The translations under genes were made by a program, and so were the position numbers. From an uncultured Spirochaetota bacterium (GTDB taxonomy: Bacteria > Spirochaetota > Spirochaetia > SZUA-6 > Fen-1364), in contig CAWGAA010000001.1 in the NCBI GenBank assembly GCA_963820525.1, forward strand, positions 896,001 to 960,000: a stretch of DNA of 64,000 nucleotides, given 5' to 3'. The notes under the pieces were generated by a model that saw only the letters and a program-made list of their open reading frames with translations, was not told where the DNA came from and did no database searches. This document shows positions 9,190 through 19,231 of this stretch, piece by piece (positions within the stretch are counted from its first letter, which is position 1; each line of letters opens with the position of its first letter).

Positions 9190-10386
9190 TTATGAAGCTA
9201 TCATCTTTGTATTCATGTAACCACCAACTTCTCTTTTTAAAAGTATCAAGCCAGCCATGCAATATGTGACAAAAATCCTATAGTTGCCTTCCAAAATTAC
9301 ATCTTGAAACATTAAAGCTAAGGCTGCCAAAGATATTAGCATAGCGAATCTACCGGTGGAGTCTTGTTTTCCGATTCTTCTAAGCGGAGCTAGTAATCTT
9401 ATGTTTAAAAAAACAAGAAGTGACAATAGAAGCCATCCTCCCAATCTTGATGTATCTATCCAAATATTATGAAACCACTGTGAAGGTATAGTAGCATCTA
9501 TAGAGAAACCTCCGAGTGGATATGTCAGCATTTTGGCAAATCCATCTCGATAAAGAGATGATCGGCCAGTTTCTTGCCACTTTATTATCCGTGCTATGAG
9601 AAAGCCAATATGTGAAGACATCCTGTTTCCAAGAATGACAAATAGCACAACGATTAGGATCAGTAATATTAGGAATATAATAATATTCTCTTTCTTAGGC
9701 TTGGCGAAAAGAGTAAAAAGAAGGCATCCTATTGCTATTATGAAAAATGCTCGGCCGCCCATGAAGACCGCACACAACAATGCTACTGCAGAGAGAATAC
9801 CCAGCATTAGCTTTATAAGGGCGTTCCTATTTTGGAAAGTATAGAACAAAAAAAAGCAAAAAGGTAAAGATAAACTGTTGCTGAAAGCGGGTGAATTGAC
9901 AATCGATCCGGTCCATGGATTGTATAGATTCCCATACCCATAGGAGGTCGATGTATTTAGAAAGCTATAGCCAACTACAATAAATACATTTACAAAAGAA
10001 CCAATTAAAAATGCTATGAGAAGTTTTCGGCCATTTTCCCTAGTTTGAATGGAGAGCGTATATAGTATCAAGGACAAGAGCGATACATTAACAATCAGTG
10101 CTCTGATCGGATACGGTGTTGCACGGCTATTGTCTTGAATGCTGAGTATCGAAAATCCAATAAATATATATAGAATTGAGAGACACATAAGCATCCAAAC
10201 GCTGCGAGAAACTTTTCTTCCTATCGTCCAAGGAATAGATACAACAATATATATGAGCAAAATAAAGGGTGCATAAAGTATAATATTCAGACCGATTACA
10301 AAGAATATAACAAGAAGAATATATATTTCGCCGCGCGATGAACTTTGAGGACGCAACTCTGTATTGATTTTTGCATATCTATCCAT
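9190..10386 (-). CDS. wzy: Putative O-antigen/polysaccharide polymerase (Wzy-like)
   Basis: About ten hydrophobic segments, GGRA and HNIWID motifs, low GC, located in a wzx/wzz locus. Confidence 0.7.
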   Translation of the reverse strand: MDRYAKINTELRPQSSSRGEIYILLVIFFVIGLNIILYAPFILLIYIVVSIPWTIGRKVSRSVWMLMCLSILYIFIGFSILSIQDNSRATPYPIRALIVNVSLLSLILYTLSIQTRENGRKLLIAFLIGSFVNVFIVVGYSFLNTSTSYGYGNLYNPWTGSIVNSPAFSNSLSLPFCFFLFYTFQNRNALIKLMLGILSAVALLCAVFMGGRAFFIIAIGCLLFTLFAKPKKENIIIFLILLILIVVLFVILGNRMSSHIGFLIARIIKWQETGRSSLYRDGFAKMLTYPLGGFSIDATIPSQWFHNIWIDTSRLGGWLLLSLLVFLNIRLLAPLRRIGKQDSTGRFAMLISLAALALMFQDVILEGNYRIFVTYCMAGLILLKREVGGYMNTKMIAS

Positions 10387-10469
10387 ATTTAGTTTTCGCG
10401 ATTACTCTTCTCTTGTTGCATCAAGCAAACAAAATGAATCAATTGCATGATCAGCAATGACGGCACAAT

Positions 10470-13178
10470 CTATTGCATTGATTCTTTCGGCCATAGTTCA
10501 GCAGTCCGCATGAGTATCTCAAAAATCGCTTCTTCGCCCTCAAGAGGTTCAATTGATACTGTAACTGGTTCATTGTTTATTTCAGGAATTTCATATTCTT
10601 TTATAAGAATTTTCTGAGATTTGCCATATGGGGCATACCACCACACTTTCCCGTTCATAGCGGATATCTCTACTCCAGGGAAAATTTCTTCGCGTATATA
10701 GAGAGTCTCGCTCCCTATATTAATACGCAACCCTTGCATAACAGTCTTCTCACTGATGGCTCTTATTCCTTCGAGCGATATGGAGCATTTTACATCGGGA
10801 GGCATTTCACCCAACGAAATCTCTAGGCCGACTATATGAGCCAAATCTACTTTGGGGCCAGTACTCATAATCTCCTGGTATTTCCATCCTTTGTAGTCGA
10901 TTTTAGATGAAAAAATCTTAGCACCTTTTTCATCTGACAAGCGCAGGCTGAACCACTCTCCATTTCCATCTCCGAAAACCCAAAGCCCTAATCCAATTGC
11001 TCCACTCAAATCTAGTCTTTCATCAAATAATGTGGAAAACGTTCCCCAAGCAACTCCATTGCCCGTTTTTACGGAAGGTTTAAAAACCACTCGATTTGAG
11101 GGAGATATCGACATGTCAATATCAGGTTTCTCGCCGTGCGTGTTTCTATCCAGTGCCGTAATTGTCAGATCGTCAAAACTTAATATCGGTTTCCCGTCTA
11201 TTGTATACGATCTTCCCGGAGTAACAATTGATGTCGCGAGAATCTGCAGTTCCAGTTGAGCCCCTGTGCTCTTTTCATTTTTAACGACTATCGATTCCTT
11301 ATATGTTCCTCTCGCGGCTGTTGTCCAGTCACTATAGCGAACTGGAATGAAAGAGCTCTTCCCTTCATTAACGACCATCCTATACTCAGTGCCGGGCTTT
11401 CGTAATTCTTCTTTCACCGGAACCGAAATTTTATCGGCGAGCTTCACGTCCTCATACTTTCGGATAATATCCAGGATCTCAGTCCCGTGCGGGTGAGCAC
11501 TTATTTGTGAGATGCCCGTTTCAATAGAAATTGAAGCATCAAATCCGATCGCTTTGCCGCATACATATTCAATATCATCGGGCTGAGTATAGTTATTTAT
11601 GGCATACCATCCTATATCAAGGGGCATGAAGTTCGTTTCAAACCAGCTATGGAAAGTACCGATACGTTCATCGAGATTTTTCTTGATATTCCTGAATCCG
11701 TCCGCAGAAGCTCTCCTCAGGTTCATATGCCAGGAATACTGTGTTACGCTTGAGGATTGAATTAGGACATTCTTTTTACCCAATTTATCTGTGTACGCGA
11801 GCGTTATTTTGGGATTGTAATACCAGAAATCACCTTGGAGGGCTTCCGCGCCATCGAAATAAATTCCGTCACAGCCGCATTCATTCCATATACGAGCCGC
11901 ATTTGAAGAAACTTGTTCAAGGAGGCTTCTATCAGCATCGATGAGGAAAAGGCCGTACGATTGGTATAGATGCTTTATAGTTGATCCGCGAGGATGCGAT
12001 GCTGCTCTTGAACCGAATGCACCTCGCGTACAGCCGATAAAGCCATAGGGTGGATTCAGTTTCAGCCCTGTGTATGCAACAATCTCATCTTCGATTCTAA
12101 TTGTTAGGCCATGCCCACGATAACCCTCCTCCCTTGAAGGAAATTTATCCGGGGGGTTCGCTGTCGCGATGAAATTGTTCCTTTCGTCTATATCATCCAA
12201 CATATCTATCGAGACATCCGAATAGAGACCATTAGAGGGAACGGGCGTCACAAGCGGGTCATTTTTGCCTATTCCGGCGCAGAGGAGATGGAGACCTACT
12301 TGGAATCCTGCATCATGCAGCTTTTCGATTACTTTCTTGAGTCCAACGATTCCATCAGGGAAATTACGAGTATTGACCGCAAAGGTTCCATTGGACGCTG
12401 ACCAAACATTCTGGTGAATAAGGATGTAGTTGAATCGTGCCCTCCTCGCATACTCAATGAGCTTTTCAACATTGTTCTGTGCCAAATCAGTGATAAAAAT
12501 GTATGACCGATGAACGTCGGGAGATTCTTTCGCCCAAATGCCCGATAACGTGATATGGGGTAATCCCCCGGCGACCTCGACCTTCTCAAAGGCTGACGGC
12601 AAATCTGAGCGCCGGACCACCATGAGAGCGTATGCAGCGTCATTAATGCCATAACGATCGACAAACGTACAGGTCAAATGAACTGTACTATCAGTTGCTG
12701 TTAGCTTTGTATTCCCACGATAACTTAAAGCCTGCAAGAAAACACCAATGATTTCGTTATATATCCCAGCAACAACAGGAGCTAAAACTACTTCACGTTT
12801 GAGTATAAGCTGACAAATATTCAATTCTGTTATATTCGCCAAGTCGCCACTTTTCAGCCGCATGATTATGAAATCCGCATAATAACTAATATCGAATGAA
12901 AACGGCCTTTCTTCTTTCCCAAACCAAACATCAAGCTGCCGATCTTTCAGGCTCATTCTTACGCATGGTAGCAGATCATTATTTCTTCTAATCGTCATCA
13001 TTGGAGACGCCTGTGCAAGCATTTCCATGTTCGTAGCCTTGTCCAGAAAGGATTTCCACACGCCGTTTGAGCCACACACTGCACGTGCAACGGGAAAATT
13101 CAAAACGATGTCCTGCTGTGCGTATCCCGATTGGCAAAGCAAAAACATAGCGGCTAATGAAATGAATAGTTTTTGCAT
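10470..13178 (-). CDS. Large secreted glycoside-hydrolase-like protein (GH27/31/36-like barrel plus carbohydrate-binding-like C-terminal domain), ~902 aa
   Basis: GGAG RBS and signal peptide MQKLFISLAAMFLLCQSGYA; NFPDGIVGLKKVIEKLHDAGFQVGLH and GCDGIYFDG motifs; LDLSG..GLGLWV.GDGNG...IDYKGWKY module. Confidence 0.55.
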   Translation of the reverse strand: MQKLFISLAAMFLLCQSGYAQQDIVLNFPVARAVCGSNGVWKSFLDKATNMEMLAQASPMMTIRRNNDLLPCVRMSLKDRQLDVWFGKEERPFSFDISYYADFIIMRLKSGDLANITELNICQLILKREVVLAPVVAGIYNEIIGVFLQALSYRGNTKLTATDSTVHLTCTFVDRYGINDAAYALMVVRRSDLPSAFEKVEVAGGLPHITLSGIWAKESPDVHRSYIFITDLAQNNVEKLIEYARRARFNYILIHQNVWSASNGTFAVNTRNFPDGIVGLKKVIEKLHDAGFQVGLHLLCAGIGKNDPLVTPVPSNGLYSDVSIDMLDDIDERNNFIATANPPDKFPSREEGYRGHGLTIRIEDEIVAYTGLKLNPPYGFIGCTRGAFGSRAASHPRGSTIKHLYQSYGLFLIDADRSLLEQVSSNAARIWNECGCDGIYFDGAEALQGDFWYYNPKITLAYTDKLGKKNVLIQSSSVTQYSWHMNLRRASADGFRNIKKNLDERIGTFHSWFETNFMPLDIGWYAINNYTQPDDIEYVCGKAIGFDASISIETGISQISAHPHGTEILDIIRKYEDVKLADKISVPVKEELRKPGTEYRMVVNEGKSSFIPVRYSDWTTAARGTYKESIVVKNEKSTGAQLELQILATSIVTPGRSYTIDGKPILSFDDLTITALDRNTHGEKPDIDMSISPSNRVVFKPSVKTGNGVAWGTFSTLFDERLDLSGAIGLGLWVFGDGNGEWFSLRLSDEKGAKIFSSKIDYKGWKYQEIMSTGPKVDLAHIVGLEISLGEMPPDVKCSISLEGIRAISEKTVMQGLRINIGSETLYIREEIFPGVEISAMNGKVWWYAPYGKSQKILIKEYEIPEINNEPVTVSIEPLEGEEAIFEILMRTAELWPKESMQ

Positions 13179-13218
13179 CTCTAAATACTCCAAGACGCGC
13201 AGTACCCGATGTGCAGCG

Positions 13219-14121
13219 TTAACCAGAAAAAATGCATCGAAAGAATACACGAACGCGGCTGCGTATTTTCCGATGATACTTCTTACGAAAATCACGTTCT
13301 ATTCTCTTGTCATATTTCACGTTTTCGAACTTACAGGGGCTGCCATTCACATTTAATCCAGTCTCGAAAGACTCCGCCGCGCTTGTGGTGCTATGAGTTC
13401 CGCTTCCATCCATTCCAATGTTCCTCACTTTTGACTGAACGGGATAAACAGTGTATTTCCCTTTTTTTGATTGAGCATAGACCCATCGTATTGCCCAGGA
13501 ATCGATGTTTCCTGCCATTTGATCGTCCAGCATTGTCGAGAGATCATTCCCCCCTCTGTTGAATTTCCTTCTCCTTGCCAGATTGAATCTGAATACCCGA
13601 TAATCCTTTACTTGCCAATCCACAGTCTCCCATCTGTTTTTCCATGTTCCTATTCCCCAGCTGCAGCCTCTTGCTGAGAGAAAAACGTCCTTGCCATAGT
13701 CGTGCAAAAATGGAAATGAGTATCCACTTATTGACCATATGCGTTCGTCATTTTCATAATAATCGAGAGCACTGTTCATATAGTTCAAAAAATCAACTGA
13801 TGTTAAGATGTCGTCTTCTATCGTAATGACTCTTCCGAAATCACCGATTATCTTCGTGATTCCAGAAATCACCGATTCTGCCAAACCTTTATTCCGGTTT
13901 TCTTTGAATACGTGGAAGCCTTTAAAAATTGAAAGCTTTTTTGCGCTTTCCAGGTAATTTCTGACTTTCTCAACTTTCAGCGCGTCATCTTTATTCTTCG
14001 GTCCATCACTAAAAATGAATATAGAGCTTTCTGTAACTCCATTATTATTCATAAGACTGCTAAGAGTCTTATGAACGTGCTCTTCTCTATTATAAACGAA
14101 CATTACTATCGGCGAACTCAT
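13219..14121 (-). CDS. GT-A fold (GT2-like) glycosyltransferase
   Basis: PIVMFVYNR, IFSDGPK, NKGLAESVISG, ITIEDD and CSWGIGTW motifs. Confidence 0.88.
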   Translation of the reverse strand: MSSPIVMFVYNREEHVHKTLSSLMNNNGVTESSIFIFSDGPKNKDDALKVEKVRNYLESAKKLSIFKGFHVFKENRNKGLAESVISGITKIIGDFGRVITIEDDILTSVDFLNYMNSALDYYENDERIWSISGYSFPFLHDYGKDVFLSARGCSWGIGTWKNRWETVDWQVKDYRVFRFNLARRRKFNRGGNDLSTMLDDQMAGNIDSWAIRWVYAQSKKGKYTVYPVQSKVRNIGMDGSGTHSTTSAAESFETGLNVNGSPCKFENVKYDKRIERDFRKKYHRKIRSRVRVFFRCIFSG

Positions 14122-14172
14122 ATCATTAATATTCCATTCTCCAGATAGAATATGAGAATATTCAACACTCTA

Positions 14173-15465
14173 CTATCGAAGTAAAACAAGTGCCTTGAGC
14201 TGAGCAATGAACATCCTTCTGCTAACAAAAATAGTTGATATAAACGTGCTAGACATTTGAGCGATTACTACCGCGAGCGCCGCTCCAATCGCTCCTATCT
14301 TCCTTACGGTAAACATGCATACGAGTATATTTATTACAGCACCGATCGCGGTTGCGGCAAAATTGAATCTTGTATGATTTTCCACTATCAGCCATTGAGA
14401 CCTGGACAACCCTAGGCAAACGAAGACCCCTGCCCAGATATGGAGAGAAAGAATAAATGCTGCCGAGGCATACTCTGCGCCGTACAGTATCTTTATTATG
14501 TATGGAGATAAAATCGAGACTGGAATCGCCACCATATAGGCGATCATTACCAGGCCCCTTGATAATTGCTGCAGGCGTCTATAATACTCGTCTTCGTTTG
14601 CTGTTCTGAGTTTTACAATATTGGGAAAAATGGATGTTACGATTGCCGTTGGAATAAAATACCAAAGCTCAGATATCCTGACAGCAGCAGCATATATCCC
14701 CAGTTCTTTCTTTCCCAATAAATCTCCAACTATGACTTGTCCCATTTTCATATATAGCAAAATTGAAAGAGATGAGAAAATAAGAGGCCAGCTATCTTTA
14801 AGAAAGTTGATTGCAGTGCTCTTATCCCATCTCCATTCTCGTATCAAATTCCCATCCATCGAATACGGAATAATAAGACTTGCGCATCCTATTACAATTT
14901 CAATGACGCCCGCAAGCGCGAAATAGACGAGAGATGCTTGAAGTAGGATAAGTATCAGCTTAAAAACGGAAACAAGAATATAGGATACGATTTTTGTAAG
15001 AACCACATGTTGTGATGATATTTTGGATTGAAACCAAAGAGCTATTGCATTGAAGGATTGAAATATATATCCAAACGCAATAATGAGTACAAGAATCTGC
15101 GTCAAAGGCTCATCGGCGCGTATTAGCCTTATTGCCACACAGCTCACGATAAAAACAAGAGACCCGCCAACAATTTTAATAATAAATGCAGTGCCCAGAA
15201 GCTTGTTCTTGTCCTGTGGACGTCTGGCCAGTTCGCGTATAACAATAGTATCTATTCCAAAACTTGAGAAAAATCCCAAAATCGCAGTAATATTCAATGC
15301 GTAATTTAGGATGCCAAATTTCTCTGGACCGAGATATCGGGCAATCCATGCACCAACGAATACTCCGACAATCAATCGAAATACTGTATCAGAAGAAAGC
15401 CAGAGTGCATTTTTTAACACTCTCTGAATGCCTTCTGGATATTTTATTAAAGTCTTCAGTTGCAT
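14173..15465 (-). CDS. wzx: Polysaccharide flippase (Wzx)
   Basis: NALWL...ARYLGPEKFG.LNY, multiple TM segments, GIYAAAVRISELWYFIP. Confidence 0.9.
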   Translation of the reverse strand: MQLKTLIKYPEGIQRVLKNALWLSSDTVFRLIVGVFVGAWIARYLGPEKFGILNYALNITAILGFFSSFGIDTIVIRELARRPQDKNKLLGTAFIIKIVGGSLVFIVSCVAIRLIRADEPLTQILVLIIAFGYIFQSFNAIALWFQSKISSQHVVLTKIVSYILVSVFKLILILLQASLVYFALAGVIEIVIGCASLIIPYSMDGNLIREWRWDKSTAINFLKDSWPLIFSSLSILLYMKMGQVIVGDLLGKKELGIYAAAVRISELWYFIPTAIVTSIFPNIVKLRTANEDEYYRRLQQLSRGLVMIAYMVAIPVSILSPYIIKILYGAEYASAAFILSLHIWAGVFVCLGLSRSQWLIVENHTRFNFAATAIGAVINILVCMFTVRKIGAIGAALAVVIAQMSSTFISTIFVSRRMFIAQLKALVLLR

Positions 15466-15507
15466 ATTTTCATTTAATTGAGAATATATTTCACGATATT
15501 TGGTATT

Positions 15508-16800
15508 CTATCCATTCTCAATGGTTCTTTGTCCGACATTCAATACCTGATTATAAATATCAACAAGTGTTGATAGATTAGCGCTTCTCTTGTGAGTTTC
15601 TCTCCCCCGTATCCTGCTTTCATGCGAAATGCTTTCAGCCAATCGATCATCATTCCAAATTGAAGCTATATAGTAAGCCATGATAGCCGGTTCGTCGAAT
15701 TGATAGAGGAATCCCTCTTTTCCATGTGTTAGCAGATCCGGTACTCCCCCAACATATGCGGCTACAATCGGCGTTCCAACAACCATTGCTTCCCCGAGGG
15801 AATTTGGACTATTCTCAATTGATGAAGGTAGCACAAATGTATGTGCTCGAGATAACCTCTCCGCAATTTCCTCGGCCTTCAATATCCCTGTAAACACGAC
15901 GGATCCATTCAAATGATATCTTTTTATCAGCGAACATAGAATTTTTCCATATCCAGGTCTCCGTATATTCTTTTCGGCAATATTCGGCCCTGCCACATAT
16001 ATCTTGATATCCTCATACGATTTCGCAAGCAAATATGCGGCTTCCAAAAGAAAATGAAGTCCTTTTATCGGATAGACCGCTTGACTTGCAAAAATGGAAT
16101 GCCTTTCAACGTGTTCAATATCCCACGTCGATTCATAAAATTCTTCCCTCAAACTTTCATTGCAATGAAAATACTTCGCTTTCAAGTTCATCGCTCTTAC
16201 GTGCGCATAATCCCATCGTGTCCTTCCAATTATATAATCGACGTTTCTCAACAAATGAAGTTCGCCGTTTGAACGCATTCTAAATCTCGCGCGTTGCATG
16301 AGAATATTGTCGAATTTCAGCATATCGCGAATAGTCATATTCTTTATGATATCCAATATTCCGATTCCCCCGAGGTAGTGTTTACTATAAGGATTAATAA
16401 GTCCCTGAATAGAAAGGATTGTCGGGATCTTTTCCTTTGAAACGAACAAAGGTAAGCTATGCGAATATTCAGTGCCATGTATATGAATGATATCCGGAGA
16501 GAAGCCATATATTATCGACTTCCAAATCTTCTCAAGTCCTTTCCAATAGTGAAACTGTGCGTGTCTTCCACCGGGAAGAAGGTAGTATTCAATTGAGCCG
16601 TCTGAGAAATGTTTTACTTCTTTTCCGCTATAGACTGTCGCAATGGCGAGCTTGATCCAGTCGAGATTCCGTATCCCCTCAGCGAATGCAAGCAACCATC
16701 CGCCGCTATATTGAGGAGCGATAGCGATCTTCTCTGCCGGGTAAGGGAAAATAATATTGACAACCCACAGTATTCTCATTGCATCCATCTCAAATGACAT
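15508..16800 (-). CDS. GT4 family glycosyltransferase
   Basis: MRILWVVN, GGWL, HIHGTE and PSSIENSPNSLGEAM motifs. Confidence 0.9.
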   Translation of the reverse strand: MSFEMDAMRILWVVNIIFPYPAEKIAIAPQYSGGWLLAFAEGIRNLDWIKLAIATVYSGKEVKHFSDGSIEYYLLPGGRHAQFHYWKGLEKIWKSIIYGFSPDIIHIHGTEYSHSLPLFVSKEKIPTILSIQGLINPYSKHYLGGIGILDIIKNMTIRDMLKFDNILMQRARFRMRSNGELHLLRNVDYIIGRTRWDYAHVRAMNLKAKYFHCNESLREEFYESTWDIEHVERHSIFASQAVYPIKGLHFLLEAAYLLAKSYEDIKIYVAGPNIAEKNIRRPGYGKILCSLIKRYHLNGSVVFTGILKAEEIAERLSRAHTFVLPSSIENSPNSLGEAMVVGTPIVAAYVGGVPDLLTHGKEGFLYQFDEPAIMAYYIASIWNDDRLAESISHESRIRGRETHKRSANLSTLVDIYNQVLNVGQRTIENG

Positions 16801-16866
16801 GCCACGCCTTTTTCAGACGTGTGATAATCAAGATTTCTTGTATCGGAAAGATTTCCTGTGAGAATT

Positions 16867-18039
16867 TCAGCTCAGTCTTGTTTTTATTTCAGTACCGATG
16901 TCTCGTAATGAATCGAAAAGGAAAGCGACTAATGCAGCCAGTAAAAAGCCAGAGATGGTTCCGAGCATCGTTATCATCGTTCGTCTTGGCTTCGCTTTCA
17001 GTTCTGGAAAAATCGCCGGGTCGATTACTTCAACAAAGATCTGATCCTGCGCCTCTTGAAGCTTCTGATTCTCATAAGAGGCGAGCAGCCCAGAGTATAT
17101 TTTCGTTGCAATCTCAAGGTCACGGTAGATATTTTGATATTCGACGATCTGTTCGGGAGCGCTATCCATCGAGAATGTACCAATTCCAGTTCCGCTTTCT
17201 ATTTTCGTTATTTGTCGATCAATTGCACCAAGTTGGGTCCGAGCTTCCGTAAGTTGAGGATTTTCTTGCGAAAAAGCACTTTCAAGCTTTGCTATCTCCA
17301 CTTCAACGGCCAGTTTCTGCGTTAAGAGTGTTGAGTATAGTGCCATTGCACTTGTCACTTGCCCCTCAGGTAAGATGATCTTTGTATTCTTCTGAAAGCT
17401 GGCCATTTTGGCCTGTAAGTCTTTGACTTTGGCCTCCTGTTCGCTTATTTGGTCTTCAAGTACCTTGATGGATTTTTTGCTCACGGTGAGGTTTTTCGCA
17501 TTCAGTATGTCTTCCAGCACCTCCACCGAATGGTTTGCGATATCCATGGCGAGTTTCTGGTCCTTGAACTCCGCCTTAACGACGATAATCCCAGTTTGCT
17601 GATTCTCGTCAACGGACAGAATACTCCCCATCATTTTCTCAACGGCGACATTGAATGGATCTCGTTTCTTAATGGATCCAGAGGTGTTTAGTATAACCGG
17701 AACGAGATCCAAGTCCTTCACTACCCTTTCACAAAGAGATCTACTTTTCAGAATGGCGACAATTTTCTGAGAAGGAGTCGAAGTCATCCCGGCTGGCAGG
17801 CTCATCCCTGCGAGCGCCGCGAGGCCCGCATATTGCGATAACGCGGATCCCTGATTGGACGTGATGGGAATTATCGAAGTTTTCGCGTCATATTCCGGTT
17901 GTAGAAGAAGGGAAATGGAGATCGATCCAATCATAAAAGCGAAAGTGATCCCAGCAATCAGCCATTTGCGCTTCCAGAATGTTAGAAAGACATCTATCAG
18001 GTTGAGATCATTCTTTTCATCAGATCGGTGTCCGCTCAT
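16867..18039 (-). CDS. wzz: Wzz/GNVR-type polysaccharide co-polymerase (chain-length regulator)
   Basis: N-terminal TM after FWKRKWLI, coiled-coil middle, VIDPAIFPE..KPRR followed by a C-terminal TM. Confidence 0.88.
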   Translation of the reverse strand: MSGHRSDEKNDLNLIDVFLTFWKRKWLIAGITFAFMIGSISISLLLQPEYDAKTSIIPITSNQGSALSQYAGLAALAGMSLPAGMTSTPSQKIVAILKSRSLCERVVKDLDLVPVILNTSGSIKKRDPFNVAVEKMMGSILSVDENQQTGIIVVKAEFKDQKLAMDIANHSVEVLEDILNAKNLTVSKKSIKVLEDQISEQEAKVKDLQAKMASFQKNTKIILPEGQVTSAMALYSTLLTQKLAVEVEIAKLESAFSQENPQLTEARTQLGAIDRQITKIESGTGIGTFSMDSAPEQIVEYQNIYRDLEIATKIYSGLLASYENQKLQEAQDQIFVEVIDPAIFPELKAKPRRTMITMLGTISGFLLAALVAFLFDSLRDIGTEIKTRLS

Positions 18040-18093
18040 ATTGGCTTCCTTAGTTGTTCTATTCCTTCTGCGCTATCTCTTTATACTATGTGT

Positions 18094-19230
18094 TTAAAAC
18101 TGGATTTGCTTCCCCCACACGAATCTATCAATGATCTTTGTATAGCTCTGTATCAACCGAACCACCTTTTCCGAAACATTTTCATCGTCGTAGTCCTTAG
18201 GAATGTGCCTCACTTTATAATCCGTCCATAGGGAGCGACATAGTTCCACTGCCTGAATTATGTCCTTTTCACTAATGCCTCCTACTACAAGCGTGCCTTT
18301 ATCTATCACTTCCGGCCTTTCTGTCGAGGTCCGTATTAGGACCGCGGGAAATCCCATAATGGCCGACTCTTCAGAGAGCGTCCCACTGTCGGAGAGCACG
18401 CAAAAAGATTCTACTTGCAGCTTATTGTATTCGAAAAACCCGAAGGGATTCATCTGTTTAACGAGTGGATGAAAGCGAAATCCTCTGTTTTCAATTTGAT
18501 TCCAGGATCTTGGATGCGTCGAATAGATCACCGGCATCCTATACATTGTGGCAATACTATTAATGCCATTCATGAGACTCATGAAACTACTCTCATGGTC
18601 GATATTCTCTTCTCGGTGGGCCGATACGAGGAAGTAGTTCCCTCTTTCGAGCCCGAGTTCTTCAAGAATCTTGCAGTTGTTTATCCCTTCCATATTCTTT
18701 TGTATCACTTCCCTCATTGGCGACCCAGTCACGAATATATGCTCCTTCCGTATACCCTCGGAAAGGAGGTAGCGGCGAGAGTGCTCGGTATAGGGGAGGT
18801 TGATATCGCTAATATGGTCGACGATTTTACGGTTGATCTCCTCCGGGACGTTCTGGTCGAAGCAGCGGTTCCCCGCTTCCATATGGAAGATGGGAACCTT
18901 GAGCCGTTTGGCTGAAATTGCACAGAGGGCACTGTTGGTGTCCCCGAGGATGAGCAATGCATCAGGCTTTTCCGCCTTGAGCACTTCGTAGGACTTGGCT
19001 ATTATATTTCCCATGGTCTCGCCAAGGTGGGCGCCGGCCGCATTGAGATAATGATCAGGAGCCCTGAGTCCGAGCTCCTCGAAAAAGACTTGATTGAGCG
19101 TATAATCGTAATTCTGCCCCGTGTGCACGAGGATGTGATCGAAATAGCGATCGCAGGCCTTTATGCATTCGGAGAGCCTGATGATCTCGGGTCTCGTGCC
19201 GATGATGGTCATTACCTTGAGCTTGGCCAA
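18094..19230 (-). CDS. fnlC: UDP-2-acetamido-2,6-dideoxy-L-talose 2-epimerase (FnlC/WbjD/Cap5G type)
   Basis: GTRPEIIRLS, HTGQNYD, HMEAGNRCFD..VPEE.NR and SDSGTLSEE motifs; follows fnlB; TTG start at 19230. Confidence 0.9.
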   Translation of the reverse strand: MAKLKVMTIIGTRPEIIRLSECIKACDRYFDHILVHTGQNYDYTLNQVFFEELGLRAPDHYLNAAGAHLGETMGNIIAKSYEVLKAEKPDALLILGDTNSALCAISAKRLKVPIFHMEAGNRCFDQNVPEEINRKIVDHISDINLPYTEHSRRYLLSEGIRKEHIFVTGSPMREVIQKNMEGINNCKILEELGLERGNYFLVSAHREENIDHESSFMSLMNGINSIATMYRMPVIYSTHPRSWNQIENRGFRFHPLVKQMNPFGFFEYNKLQVESFCVLSDSGTLSEESAIMGFPAVLIRTSTERPEVIDKGTLVVGGISEKDIIQAVELCRSLWTDYKVRHIPKDYDDENVSEKVVRLIQSYTKIIDRFVWGKQIQF

Positions 19231-19231
19231 T

